From a virus (taxonomy: Duplodnaviria; Heunggongvirae; Uroviricota; Caudoviricetes), in IMG/VR virus record IMGVR_UViG_2671180727_000026: a stretch of 29,035 nucleotides of DNA. One strand, written 5' to 3'. The translations under genes were made by a program, and so were the position numbers. How positions within the stretch are numbered: position 1 is the stretch's first letter; every line of letters begins with the position of its first letter. The notes under the pieces are model-generated. The model was not told the origin of the DNA and did no database searches. It saw only the letters and a list, made by a program, of their open reading frames with translations. Below are positions 21,972-29,035 of the stretch, piece by piece.

Positions 21972-22075
21972 AACAACCTCCGTGGTTAATCCGAATCAAG
22001 ATTAAAACTATGGTTGTTTTTAGTCAACAACCATTTTCGTTTGATGAAATAAAACCTTGGTTGTACATTTGATCT
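21972..22075. promoter_or_regulatory. OR-like operator/promoter region between divergent cro and cI
   Basis: 104-bp AT-rich gap with repeated CAACC/GGTTG-containing elements (AACTATGGTTG, CAACAACCATTTT, CCTTGGTTG) related to the palindromes at the pL-like promoter. Confidence 0.55.
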
Positions 22076-22765
22076 ATGAAAACAACACTCTCAGAAAGAC
22101 TTAAAGAAGCCAGATTAGCGCGAGGCCTTACACAAAAGGCGCTTGGGGATTTGGTCGGGGTTAGCCAGGCTGCTATTCAGAAAATCGAAACAGGGAAAGC
22201 TAACCAAACAACTAAAATCGTGGAGATCGCGAACGCTTTGGGTGTACGCGCAGAATGGTTATCTTCTGGCGTTGGAAATATGTCAGACAGTACAGTGCAA
22301 CCAATACAATCAACTGTCAGCCATTCCAAATACTTCAAAATTGACGTTCTTGATATAGAAGTCAGTGCCGGGCCAGGTGTAATCAACCGTGAGTTTGTAG
22401 AAGTTCTACGCTCGGTTGAGTACTCGTTTGACGATGCTCGTCACATGTTCGATGGCAGGAAGGCGGAAAATATCCGCATCATTAACGTGCGAGGTGACAG
22501 CATGTCAGGGACGATCGAACCAGGTGACCTGCTGTTCGTTGATATCACTGTTAAATCTTTCGACGGTGATGGCATCTATGCGTTTCTGTACGACGACACT
22601 GCCCATGTAAAACGTCTTCAAATGATGAAGGATAAGCTGCTGGTTATCTCTGATAACAAGAGCTACTCGCCGTGGGACCCGATCGAGAAAGACGAGATGA
22701 ACCGGGTGTTCATATTCGGTAAGGTCATTGGAAGCATGCCGCAGACGTACAGGAAGCATGGTTAA
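22076..22765 (+). CDS. cI: CI-type prophage repressor (N-terminal HTH, C-terminal LexA/S24-like autocleavage domain)
   Basis: 229 aa; N-terminus LSERLKEARLARGLTQKALGDLVGVSQAAIQKIETGK is an XRE-type HTH; C-terminal ...VRGDSMSGTIEPGDLLFVD...VKRL... carries the Ser and Lys motifs of S24 peptidases. Confidence 0.9.
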   Translation: MKTTLSERLKEARLARGLTQKALGDLVGVSQAAIQKIETGKANQTTKIVEIANALGVRAEWLSSGVGNMSDSTVQPIQSTVSHSKYFKIDVLDIEVSAGPGVINREFVEVLRSVEYSFDDARHMFDGRKAENIRIINVRGDSMSGTIEPGDLLFVDITVKSFDGDGIYAFLYDDTAHVKRLQMMKDKLLVISDNKSYSPWDPIEKDEMNRVFIFGKVIGSMPQTYRKHG

Positions 22766-22994
22766 TTTATCTACGACTTAAGGGAGCGAAGGTTAAGGTT
22801 TATACCACTCGGATTAGATATTGCACTAAATTCTCTATAAGAACGCCAAATCTGTTTGCATATTTCAGTAAATATTCTCGTTGTTAGCTGAGATTTGTTG
22901 CTACTGTCAGCAAAATGTCCCCCTATCTCGTAGCGGTTTTTATTTCGAATCATTATGTTAAGATGTTTCTGATTATAATGAATGGAAACATAAA

Positions 22995-23375
22995 ATGAGA
23001 AAAATCCTAATCGCTGCCATGATGGCATCTGTATTGGCTGGGTGTGCTTCTTCAGGCAACCAGCAACTCAAAAATGAAACTGAAATTAGTGTCCAGTCTA
23101 AACTTCAGGAAGGTAAAACAACCAAGAATGAGGTTAAATCTTACTTTGGTTCTCCTGATGCTGTTTCATATACTGACAGTGGAAACGAGATCTGGAAGTA
23201 CGCCTTTGCAAAAGTAAAAGTTAATGGCACCACTTTTATTCCATTCTATGGATTATTCCATAATGGAACGAACGGTACGAAAAAAGAACTTACTATTCTT
23301 TTTAACGATGACACGATTAAGAAATACACAATGTCAGAAACCCAAATAAACTCGAAATCAGGTTGGGCTGACTGA
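22995..23375 (+). CDS. lipoprotein moron (126 aa), possibly SmpA/OmlA (BamE)-like
   Basis: Signal peptide with lipobox (VLAGCASS); AT-rich; own upstream AT-rich region containing TATAAT; terminator immediately downstream; segment NEVKSYFGSPDAVSYTDSGNEIWKYAF resembles the BamE-family core. Confidence 0.75.
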   Translation: MRKILIAAMMASVLAGCASSGNQQLKNETEISVQSKLQEGKTTKNEVKSYFGSPDAVSYTDSGNEIWKYAFAKVKVNGTTFIPFYGLFHNGTNGTKKELTILFNDDTIKKYTMSETQINSKSGWAD

Positions 23376-23383
23376 TAATCATA

Positions 23384-23410
23384 CCCGGCAACCGCGCCGG
23401 GTTTTCTTTT
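23384..23410 (+). terminator. rho-independent terminator after the lipoprotein gene
   Basis: CCCGGC-aaccgc-GCCGGG followed by TTTTCTTTT, 9 nt after the stop codon. Confidence 0.65.
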
Positions 23411-23537
23411 CCTCCCCCTCATAACTCATACCGTCCAAAAAACCACCACACCTCACTTCAGTTATCGCTATGCGATGCAAGTCACAAAATAAATCCATCC
23501 TAAATACAACCAGTTATATTTAAAACAACCGATAAAA

Positions 23538-23578
23538 CAACTTTTGTTGTTGACGATAAAACAACTATAGTTTTAAAT
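23538..23578 (+). promoter_or_regulatory. pL-like early-left promoter with overlapping operator palindromes
   Basis: TTGACG (23550-23555), 17 nt, TTAAAT (23573-23578), directed toward gam-bet-exo; overlapped by the perfect palindromes CAACTTTTGTTG (23538-23549) and AACTATAGTT (23562-23571). Confidence 0.55.
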
Positions 23579-23771
23579 AAATTCATCGCAACGACACAAC
23601 GATACGGTAACCACCTGTTTCACCGTTGCGATGACCGCTTAGATCCGCAGCTTGAATTTCAGCAGGCTTCGGGGAGTGCGAGGGATGAAACGGACGCGTG
23701 AACGTCGGTGTGACCAGCTGAAATCAACTCAACATTTCATACCTTAGTCGCTTCAACGAGGCGGCTTAGTT

Positions 23772-24062
23772 ATGACAACCGGCGGCCATCCACCGCCTGA
23801 ATACGCGCAGAAGTCTTTATATGTTCAGCAGCCCAGCTTACGGGCAGGAGTTTTTATGGTTCATCAACATTACGGAACGCAGACCGTTAATCGAGGTGCG
23901 GTCATGCCAGGAATGCTGGTCAAACACAAAGATGGTACCTGGACTGCATCAGCTAATTTACGCGGACGGCTTTATCTGCATCGCGGCATCGAGCGCACTT
24001 ATACCCGTGATTTGCTCGTGGAAGTTTTTCTCGACGGACGCGGTAACGGCCTGAATCACTAA
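23772..24062 (+). CDS. hypothetical protein (96 aa; alternative shorter start possible) in the kil/cIII position
   Basis: ORF between the pL-like promoter and gam; not similar to lambda N, cIII or Kil as I recall them. Coding status uncertain. Confidence 0.4.
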   Translation: MTTGGHPPPEYAQKSLYVQQPSLRAGVFMVHQHYGTQTVNRGAVMPGMLVKHKDGTWTASANLRGRLYLHRGIERTYTRDLLVEVFLDGRGNGLNH

Positions 24063-24138
24063 CCCCCCTTTCCTGTTTTCCTAATCAGCCTGGCATTTCG
24101 CGGGCGATATTTTCACAGCCATTTTCAGGAGTTCAGCC

Positions 24139-24435
24139 ATGAACGCTTATTACATTCAGGATCGTCTTGAGGCTCAGAGCTGGGCGCGTCACTACCAGCA
24201 GATCGCCCGTGAAGAGAAAGAGGCAGAACTGGCAGACGACATGGAAAAAGGCCTGCCCCAGCATTTGTTTGAATCGCTCTGCATCGATCATTTACAACGC
24301 TGCGGGGCCAGCAAAAAAGCCATTACCCGTGCATTTGATGACGATGTTGAGTTTCAGGAGCGCATGGCAGAACACATCCGGTACATGGTTGAAACCATTG
24401 CTCACCATCAGGTTGATATTGATTCAGAGGTATAA
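24139..24435 (+). CDS. gam: Gam (RecBCD inhibitor), short GamS-type form
   Basis: 98 aa [98 protein letters not shown] matches lambda GamS; the in-frame upstream extension is interrupted by a stop codon. Confidence 0.9.
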   Translation: MNAYYIQDRLEAQSWARHYQQIAREEKEAELADDMEKGLPQHLFESLCIDHLQRCGASKKAITRAFDDDVEFQERMAEHIRYMVETIAHHQVDIDSEV

Positions 24436-24440
24436 AACGG

Positions 24441-25226
24441 ATGAGTACAGCACTCGCAACGCTGGCTGGGAAGCTGGCTGAACGTGTCGGCATGGATTCT
24501 GTCGACCCACAGGAACTGATCACCACTCTTCGCCAGACGGCATTTAAAGGCGATGCCAGCGATGCGCAGTTCATCGCATTGCTGATCGTCGCCAACCAGT
24601 ACGGCCTTAATCCGTGGACGAAAGAAATTTACGCCTTCCCTGATAAGCAGAACGGCATCGTTCCGGTGGTGGGCGTTGATGGCTGGTCCCGCATCATCAA
24701 TGAAAACCAGCAGTTTGATGGCATGGACTTTGAGCAGGACAACGAATCCTGTACATGCCGGATTTACCGCAAGGACCGTAATCATCCGATCTGCGTTACC
24801 GAATGGATGGATGAATGCCGCCGCGAACCATTCAAAACCCGCGAAGGCAGAGAAATCACGGGGCCGTGGCAGTCGCATCCCAAACGGATGTTACGGCATA
24901 AAGCCATGATTCAGTGTGCCCGTCTGGCCTTCGGATTTGCTGGTATCTATGACAAGGATGAAGCCGAGCGCATTGTCGAAAATACCGCATACACTGCAGA
25001 ACGCCAGCCGGAACGCGACATCACTCCGGTTAACGATGAAACCATGCAGGAGATTAACACTCTGCTGATTGCCCTGGACAAAACATGGGATGACGACTTA
25101 TTGCCGCTCTGTTCCCAGATATTTCGCCGCGACATTCGCGCATCGTCAGAACTGACACAGGCCGAAGCAGTAAAAGCTCTTGGATTCCTGAAACAGAAAG
25201 CCGCAGAGCAGAAGGTGGCAGCATGA
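24441..25226 (+). CDS. bet: Bet (Red-beta single-strand annealing protein)
   Basis: 261 aa [100 protein letters not shown]... matches lambda Bet. Confidence 0.95.
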   Translation: MSTALATLAGKLAERVGMDSVDPQELITTLRQTAFKGDASDAQFIALLIVANQYGLNPWTKEIYAFPDKQNGIVPVVGVDGWSRIINENQQFDGMDFEQDNESCTCRIYRKDRNHPICVTEWMDECRREPFKTREGREITGPWQSHPKRMLRHKAMIQCARLAFGFAGIYDKDEAERIVENTAYTAERQPERDITPVNDETMQEINTLLIALDKTWDDDLLPLCSQIFRRDIRASSELTQAEAVKALGFLKQKAAEQKVAA

Positions 25227-25903
25227 CACCGGACATTATCCTGCAGCGTACCGGGATCGACGTGAGAGCTGTCGAACAGGGGGATGATGCGTGGCACAAA
25301 TTACGGCTCGGCGTCATCACAGCTTCAGAAGTTCATAACGTAATAGCAAAACCCCGCTCCGGAAAAAAGTGGCCTGACATGAAAATGTCCTACTTCCACA
25401 CCCTGCTTGCTGAGGTTTGCACCGGTGTGGCTCCGGAAGTTAACGCTAAAGCGCTGGCCTGGGGAAAACAGTACGAGAACGACGCCAGAGCCCTGTTTGA
25501 GTTCACTTCCGGCGTGAATGTTACTGAATCACCGATCATCTATCGCGACGAAAGTATGCGTACCGCCTGCTCTCCAGATGGTTTATGCAGTGACGGCAAC
25601 GGCCTTGAACTGAAATGCCCGTTTACCTCCCGGGATTTCATGAAGTTCCGGCTCGGTGGTTTCGAGGCCATAAAGTCAGCTTACATGGCCCAGGTGCAGT
25701 ACAGCATGTGGGTGACGCGAAAAGATGCCTGGTACTTTACCAACTATGACCCGCGTATGAAGCGTGAAGGACTGCATTATGTCGTGGTTGAGCGGGATGA
25801 AAATTACATGGCGAGTTTTGACGAGATGGTGCCGGAGTTCATCGAAAAAATGAACGAGGCACTGGCTGAAATTGGTTTTGTATTTGGGGAGCAATGGCGA
25901 TGA
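25223..25903 (+). CDS. exo: Exo (Red-alpha 5'-3' exonuclease)
   Basis: 226 aa [167 protein letters not shown]... matches lambda Exo; ATGA overlap with bet. Confidence 0.95.
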   Translation: MTPDIILQRTGIDVRAVEQGDDAWHKLRLGVITASEVHNVIAKPRSGKKWPDMKMSYFHTLLAEVCTGVAPEVNAKALAWGKQYENDARALFEFTSGVNVTESPIIYRDESMRTACSPDGLCSDGNGLELKCPFTSRDFMKFRLGGFEAIKSAYMAQVQYSMWVTRKDAWYFTNYDPRMKREGLHYVVVERDENYMASFDEMVPEFIEKMNEALAEIGFVFGEQWR

Positions 25904-26058
25904 AGCATCCTCACGATAATATCCGGGTAGGTGCGATCACTTTCGTCTACTCCGTTACAAAGCGAGGCTGGGTATTTCCCGGCCTTTCTGTTATCCGAAA
26001 TCCGCTGAAAGCCCAGCGACTGGCTGAGGAGATAAATAATAAACGGGAGAGTGTATGA
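25900..26058 (+). CDS. small ORF (52 aa) coupled between exo and the TGT-like gene
   Basis: Hand-translated [52 protein letters not shown]; start overlaps the exo stop and stop overlaps the next start (ATGA). Confidence 0.4.
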   Translation: MKHPHDNIRVGAITFVYSVTKRGWVFPGLSVIRNPLKAQRLAEEINNKRESV

Positions 26059-26807
26059 TTCATTTTCACGGTGGTCCAATAACTCCCGATACCTGTGCGT
26101 TGAAAGCCTGGAAAGGCAGACACGCATTCATCAGTTTTGCTAATCCAGCTCAGATTGATCTGGCTTCCGAAGTCACCCAATCATTTGCTCTTGATAATGG
26201 TGCATTCACATTCTGGACAAAAAATAAGGCCATAGACTGGAATGAATATTACAGATTTGTTGAACGCTGGGGTAATCACCCTCGTTTCTCATTCGCGGTT
26301 ATCCCGGATGTTATCGGCGGAACCAGTGAAGAGAATGACGCCCTGATTGCGGCATGGCCTCACGGTAAATTTATTGGTGCTCCGGTGTGGCACATGAACG
26401 AACCAGATGAGCGATTTATTCGTCTGTGCCATGAGTTTCCCCGCGTCTGCATCGGCTCGATGGGGGAATACGATGCAAAACGACCGAGAGCGTGTCGGGC
26501 TAAACTACGCGATCTTATACGTCATGTTGTAGATCAGTACGGCTACCCAATCACCAAGATTCATGGGTTACGGATGTTAAATAAAGACATTTTTACTCAT
26601 GTACCGCTTTCGTCTGCAGACAGCACGAACGTCGCAAGAAATATAGGCATCGACAAATCCTGGGTAGGTTCGCCATATGCTCCCGCAAGTAAAGAAACCC
26701 GTACGCAAGTTCTTGTGGAACGCATTGAATCATTCAACAGTGCCAGTTCACTTAATTACAACGCTGAACGGGACGTCTTTACCCCTCAACTGGCATTCGA
26801 AGTGTGA
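26055..26807 (+). CDS. tRNA-guanine transglycosylase (TGT)-superfamily protein lacking the zinc subdomain; DpdA-like putative DNA-guanine transglycosylase
   Basis: Colinear matches to TGT core motifs: ALDNGAF (cf. DSGGFQ), CIGSMGE (cf. GGLAVGE), HGLRM (cf. LMGVG), SSADSTNVARNIG (cf. FDCVMPTRNARNG). The protein ends about 60 residues later with no CxCxxC...H zinc motif. Sits in the early-left operon after exo. Confidence 0.65.
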   Translation: MIHFHGGPITPDTCALKAWKGRHAFISFANPAQIDLASEVTQSFALDNGAFTFWTKNKAIDWNEYYRFVERWGNHPRFSFAVIPDVIGGTSEENDALIAAWPHGKFIGAPVWHMNEPDERFIRLCHEFPRVCIGSMGEYDAKRPRACRAKLRDLIRHVVDQYGYPITKIHGLRMLNKDIFTHVPLSSADSTNVARNIGIDKSWVGSPYAPASKETRTQVLVERIESFNSASSLNYNAERDVFTPQLAFEV

Positions 26808-26814
26808 GGCCAAT

Positions 26815-27030
26815 ATGACAATAGAACATAATAACGCCCTTCGCAGCATTGCCCGTCAGGCTAATTCTGAAATCAAAAAAGCCAGACAGCAGTTTCCGGA
26901 TAAAAACGTCGATGACATTTGCCGTAGCGTACTAAAGAAGCACCGCGAAACGGTAACGCTGATGGGATTCACACCGACTCATTTAAGCCTGGCGATCGGC
27001 ATGTTAAACGGCGTCTTTAAGGAACGGTGA
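26815..27030 (+). CDS. hypothetical small protein (71 aa)
   Basis: ATG preceded by GAGG; MTIEHNNALRSIARQANSEIKKARQQFPDKNVDDICRSVLKKHRETVTLMGFTPTHLSLAIGMLNGVFKER; no family recognised. Confidence 0.5.
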   Translation: MTIEHNNALRSIARQANSEIKKARQQFPDKNVDDICRSVLKKHRETVTLMGFTPTHLSLAIGMLNGVFKER

Positions 27031-27128
27031 ACATGAAAAGAAAAATCATCAGGGAGCTACAGGCTCCTTTTTTATTGTTCGCATTCATCCTCAAGCGTAT
27101 TAACCAACAATTCAGGGATTAATGGAAG

Positions 27129-27347
27129 ATGGCAGACATCATTGATTCGGCATCAGAAATCGAAGAATTACAGCGCAATACAGCAATAAAAATGCGTCGT
27201 CTGAACTACCAGACTGTATCCGCAACTCATTGTTGTGAGTGTGGCGATCCGATAGATGAGCGAAGACGCCTAGCTGTTCAGGGTTGTCGGACTTGTGCAA
27301 GTTGCCAGGAGGAGATCGAACTTAAGAACAAACAATGGGGACTGTGA
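27129..27347 (+). CDS. DksA/TraR-family C4 zinc-finger protein
   Basis: 72 aa with CECGDPIDERRRLAVQGCRTCASC (CxxC-N17-CxxC), the TraR/DksA C4 finger common in lambdoid early regions. Confidence 0.75.
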   Translation: MADIIDSASEIEELQRNTAIKMRRLNYQTVSATHCCECGDPIDERRRLAVQGCRTCASCQEEIELKNKQWGL

Positions 27348-27394
27348 TGGCCTCAAAGCAGCAAATTTCAACATCGTCCAACTGAGGTGTAAAA

Positions 27395-27673
27395 ATGTTC
27401 AGAATCATTTTTCCTAACACCTGGTACGTCGACCACCACGGCACTCCCTGCAAAATCCTGCGTTCTACCCACAACAAAGTTCACTACATCCGAAAAGGCA
27501 GAACATGTATCGCCAGCATGTTCCGCTTTAATCATGACTTTGAACCTGTGAATAAAGCTGATGCAGATCGGATAGCAGAAGAGATCGAAACGGCAGAACA
27601 CATTAAGAAGTTACGTGACATGCGTTCAAAAAGCAGAGGTAACCATGGAATCATACAGCCTCACACTCGATGA
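27395..27673 (+). CDS. hypothetical protein (92 aa)
   Basis: ORF between the TraR-like gene and xis; no family recognised. Confidence 0.5.
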   Translation: MFRIIFPNTWYVDHHGTPCKILRSTHNKVHYIRKGRTCIASMFRFNHDFEPVNKADADRIAEEIETAEHIKKLRDMRSKSRGNHGIIQPHTR

Positions 27674-28016
27674 GGCCTGTCAGTTTCTTAAGATATCCAG
27701 ACCAACCGCCACCAACTGGATACGAACAGGCCGCCTACAGGCAACACGTAAAGATCCAACCAAGCCAAAATCTCCTTACCTCACAACACGGCAAGCCTGC
27801 ATTGCGGCGCTTCAGTCTCCGCTGCATACTGTCCAGGTGAGCGCGGGTGATGGCATAACAGAGGAAAGAAAATGTCACTCTTCCGCAGAAATGAAATATG
27901 GTATGCCTCGTATTCGCTCCCGGGCGGGAAACGAATTAAGGAATCTCTTGGCACAAAGGACAAGCGGCAAGCTCAGGAGTTGCACGACAAGCGAAAAGCA
28001 GAACTCTGGCGAGTAG
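27645..28016 (+). CDS. xis: excisionase (HTH, Xis-like)
   Basis: [33 protein letters not shown]... is a typical excisionase/MerR-like HTH. The 3' end overlaps int by about 145 nt in another frame, so the true 3' extent is uncertain. Confidence 0.6.
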   Translation: MESYSLTLDEACQFLKISRPTATNWIRTGRLQATRKDPTKPKSPYLTTRQACIAALQSPLHTVQVSAGDGITEERKCHSSAEMKYGMPRIRSRAGNELRNLLAQRTSGKLRSCTTSEKQNSGE

Positions 28017-29035
28017 AAAAGCTAGGGGATTTACCTGATGTCACTTTTGAAGAGGCCTGCCTAAGATGGCTTGAGGAAAAAGCTGATAAAAAATCTCTCG
28101 ATTCAGATAAAAGCCGGATTGAGTTCTGGCTTGAACATTTTGAGGGTATAAGGCTTAAAGATATCTCGGAGGCAAAGATTTACTCTGCTGTAAGCAGAAT
28201 GCATAACAGAAAGACGAAAGAAATATGGAAACAGAAAGTTCAGGCCGCCATCAGGAAAGGTAAAGAACTGCCTGTTTATGAACCAAAGCCAGTATCAACT
28301 CAGACAAAGGCAAAGCATCTTGCCATGATAAAGGCCATTCTCCGTGCTGCAGAACGCGACTGGAAGTGGCTGGAAAAAGCGCCTGTCATCAAGATACCAG
28401 CGGTCAGAAACAAGCGAGTCAGATGGCTGGAAAAGGAGGAAGCAAAACGCCTTATTGATGAGTGCCCCGAACCACTGAAATCTGTCGTCAAGTTTGCGCT
28501 GGCAACTGGTCTGAGAAAGTCGAACATCATAAATCTGGAATGGCAACAAATCGACATGCAGCGACGAGTTGCCTGGGTGAATCCAGAAGAGAGCAAATCA
28601 AACCGCGCCATTGGTGTGGCGCTGAACGATACCGCCTGTAAAGTATTGCGTGATCAAATAGGCAAGCATCACAAATGGGTGTTTGTACATACCAAGGCGG
28701 CTAAGCGAGCAGATGGAACATCAACGCCTGCGGTCAGGAAGATGCGCATCGACAGCAAGACATCATGGCTATCAGCTTGTCGTCGTGCAGGAATTGAAGA
28801 TTTCCGTTTCCATGACCTCAGACACACCTGGGCAAGCTGGCTGATTCAGTCAGGCGTCCCATTATCAGTGCTTCAGGAAATGGGCGGATGGGAGTCCATA
28901 GAAATGGTTCGTAGGTATGCTCACCTTGCGCCTAATCATTTGACAGAGCATGCGAGGAAAATAGACGACATTTTTGGTGATAATGTCCCAAATATGTCCC
29001 ACTCTGGAATTATGGAGGATATAAAGAAGGCGTAA
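27872..29035 (+). CDS. int: lambdoid tyrosine integrase (IntD/IntR-like)
   Basis: 387 aa [40 protein letters not shown]... with C-terminal [44 protein letters not shown] (R...HxxR...Y catalytic residues); resembles DLP12 IntD. Stop codon coincides with the last 3 nt of the window. Confidence 0.9.
   Translation: MSLFRRNEIWYASYSLPGGKRIKESLGTKDKRQAQELHDKRKAELWRVEKLGDLPDVTFEEACLRWLEEKADKKSLDSDKSRIEFWLEHFEGIRLKDISEAKIYSAVSRMHNRKTKEIWKQKVQAAIRKGKELPVYEPKPVSTQTKAKHLAMIKAILRAAERDWKWLEKAPVIKIPAVRNKRVRWLEKEEAKRLIDECPEPLKSVVKFALATGLRKSNIINLEWQQIDMQRRVAWVNPEESKSNRAIGVALNDTACKVLRDQIGKHHKWVFVHTKAAKRADGTSTPAVRKMRIDSKTSWLSACRRAGIEDFRFHDLRHTWASWLIQSGVPLSVLQEMGGWESIEMVRRYAHLAPNHLTEHARKIDDIFGDNVPNMSHSGIMEDIKKA

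Noticed and set aside
22771-23028. Minus-strand 85-aa ORF in the gap between cI and the lipoprotein gene
   Set aside because: Falls in an AT-rich intergenic region that more plausibly holds the moron promoter, overlaps the lipoprotein start, and has no recognisable product.
23676-23738. 20-codon ORF with an arginine-rich start (MKRTRERRCDQLKSTQHFIP) as a possible N antiterminator
   Set aside because: Too short for a functional N-family protein and no boxA/boxB nut site was found; retained only as a possible remnant in the pL-region finding.

Overview
The window is almost entirely a lambdoid prophage in reverse orientation (about 3.83 kb to the right edge), plus a ~3.8 kb AT-rich flank at the left. 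No tRNA, rRNA or CRISPR array was found. Protein identities come from recalled similarity to lambda and E. coli K-12 DLP12 proteins, not from a search.

Right to left the prophage reads: integrase (ends exactly at 29035, so its att site is probably just off-window), xis, small accessory genes, a TGT/DpdA-like gene, exo-bet-gam, a pL-like promoter/operator, a lipoprotein moron, cI, cro-like, a 179-aa protein in the cII slot, O (with ori iterons) and P, ren, a block of small nin-region genes, ybcN-ninE-ybcO-rusA, Q, an oppositely oriented OmpC-family porin, a phage-21-type lysis cassette (S, R, Rz/Rz1), ybcV, cos, and lambda-type head genes Nu1-A-W-B-C-D. The head module stops inside gene E at about 3833, so the prophage is defective (no tail genes).

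Left of that junction lies a different element: a frameshifted P4-type integrase, AlpA, a very AT-rich DUF2971-like gene, a convergent SWIM zinc-finger gene with a small RHH gene, and three coupled small ORFs.

The most interesting candidates are: (1) the solitary TGT/DpdA-like putative DNA-guanine transglycosylase after exo, (2) the AT-rich DUF2971/SWIM cargo beside the decayed integrase, (3) a lipoprotein moron in the rex slot next to cI, (4) a membrane-protein moron in the nin region, and (5) a compact pL-to-gam region with no recognisable N gene.
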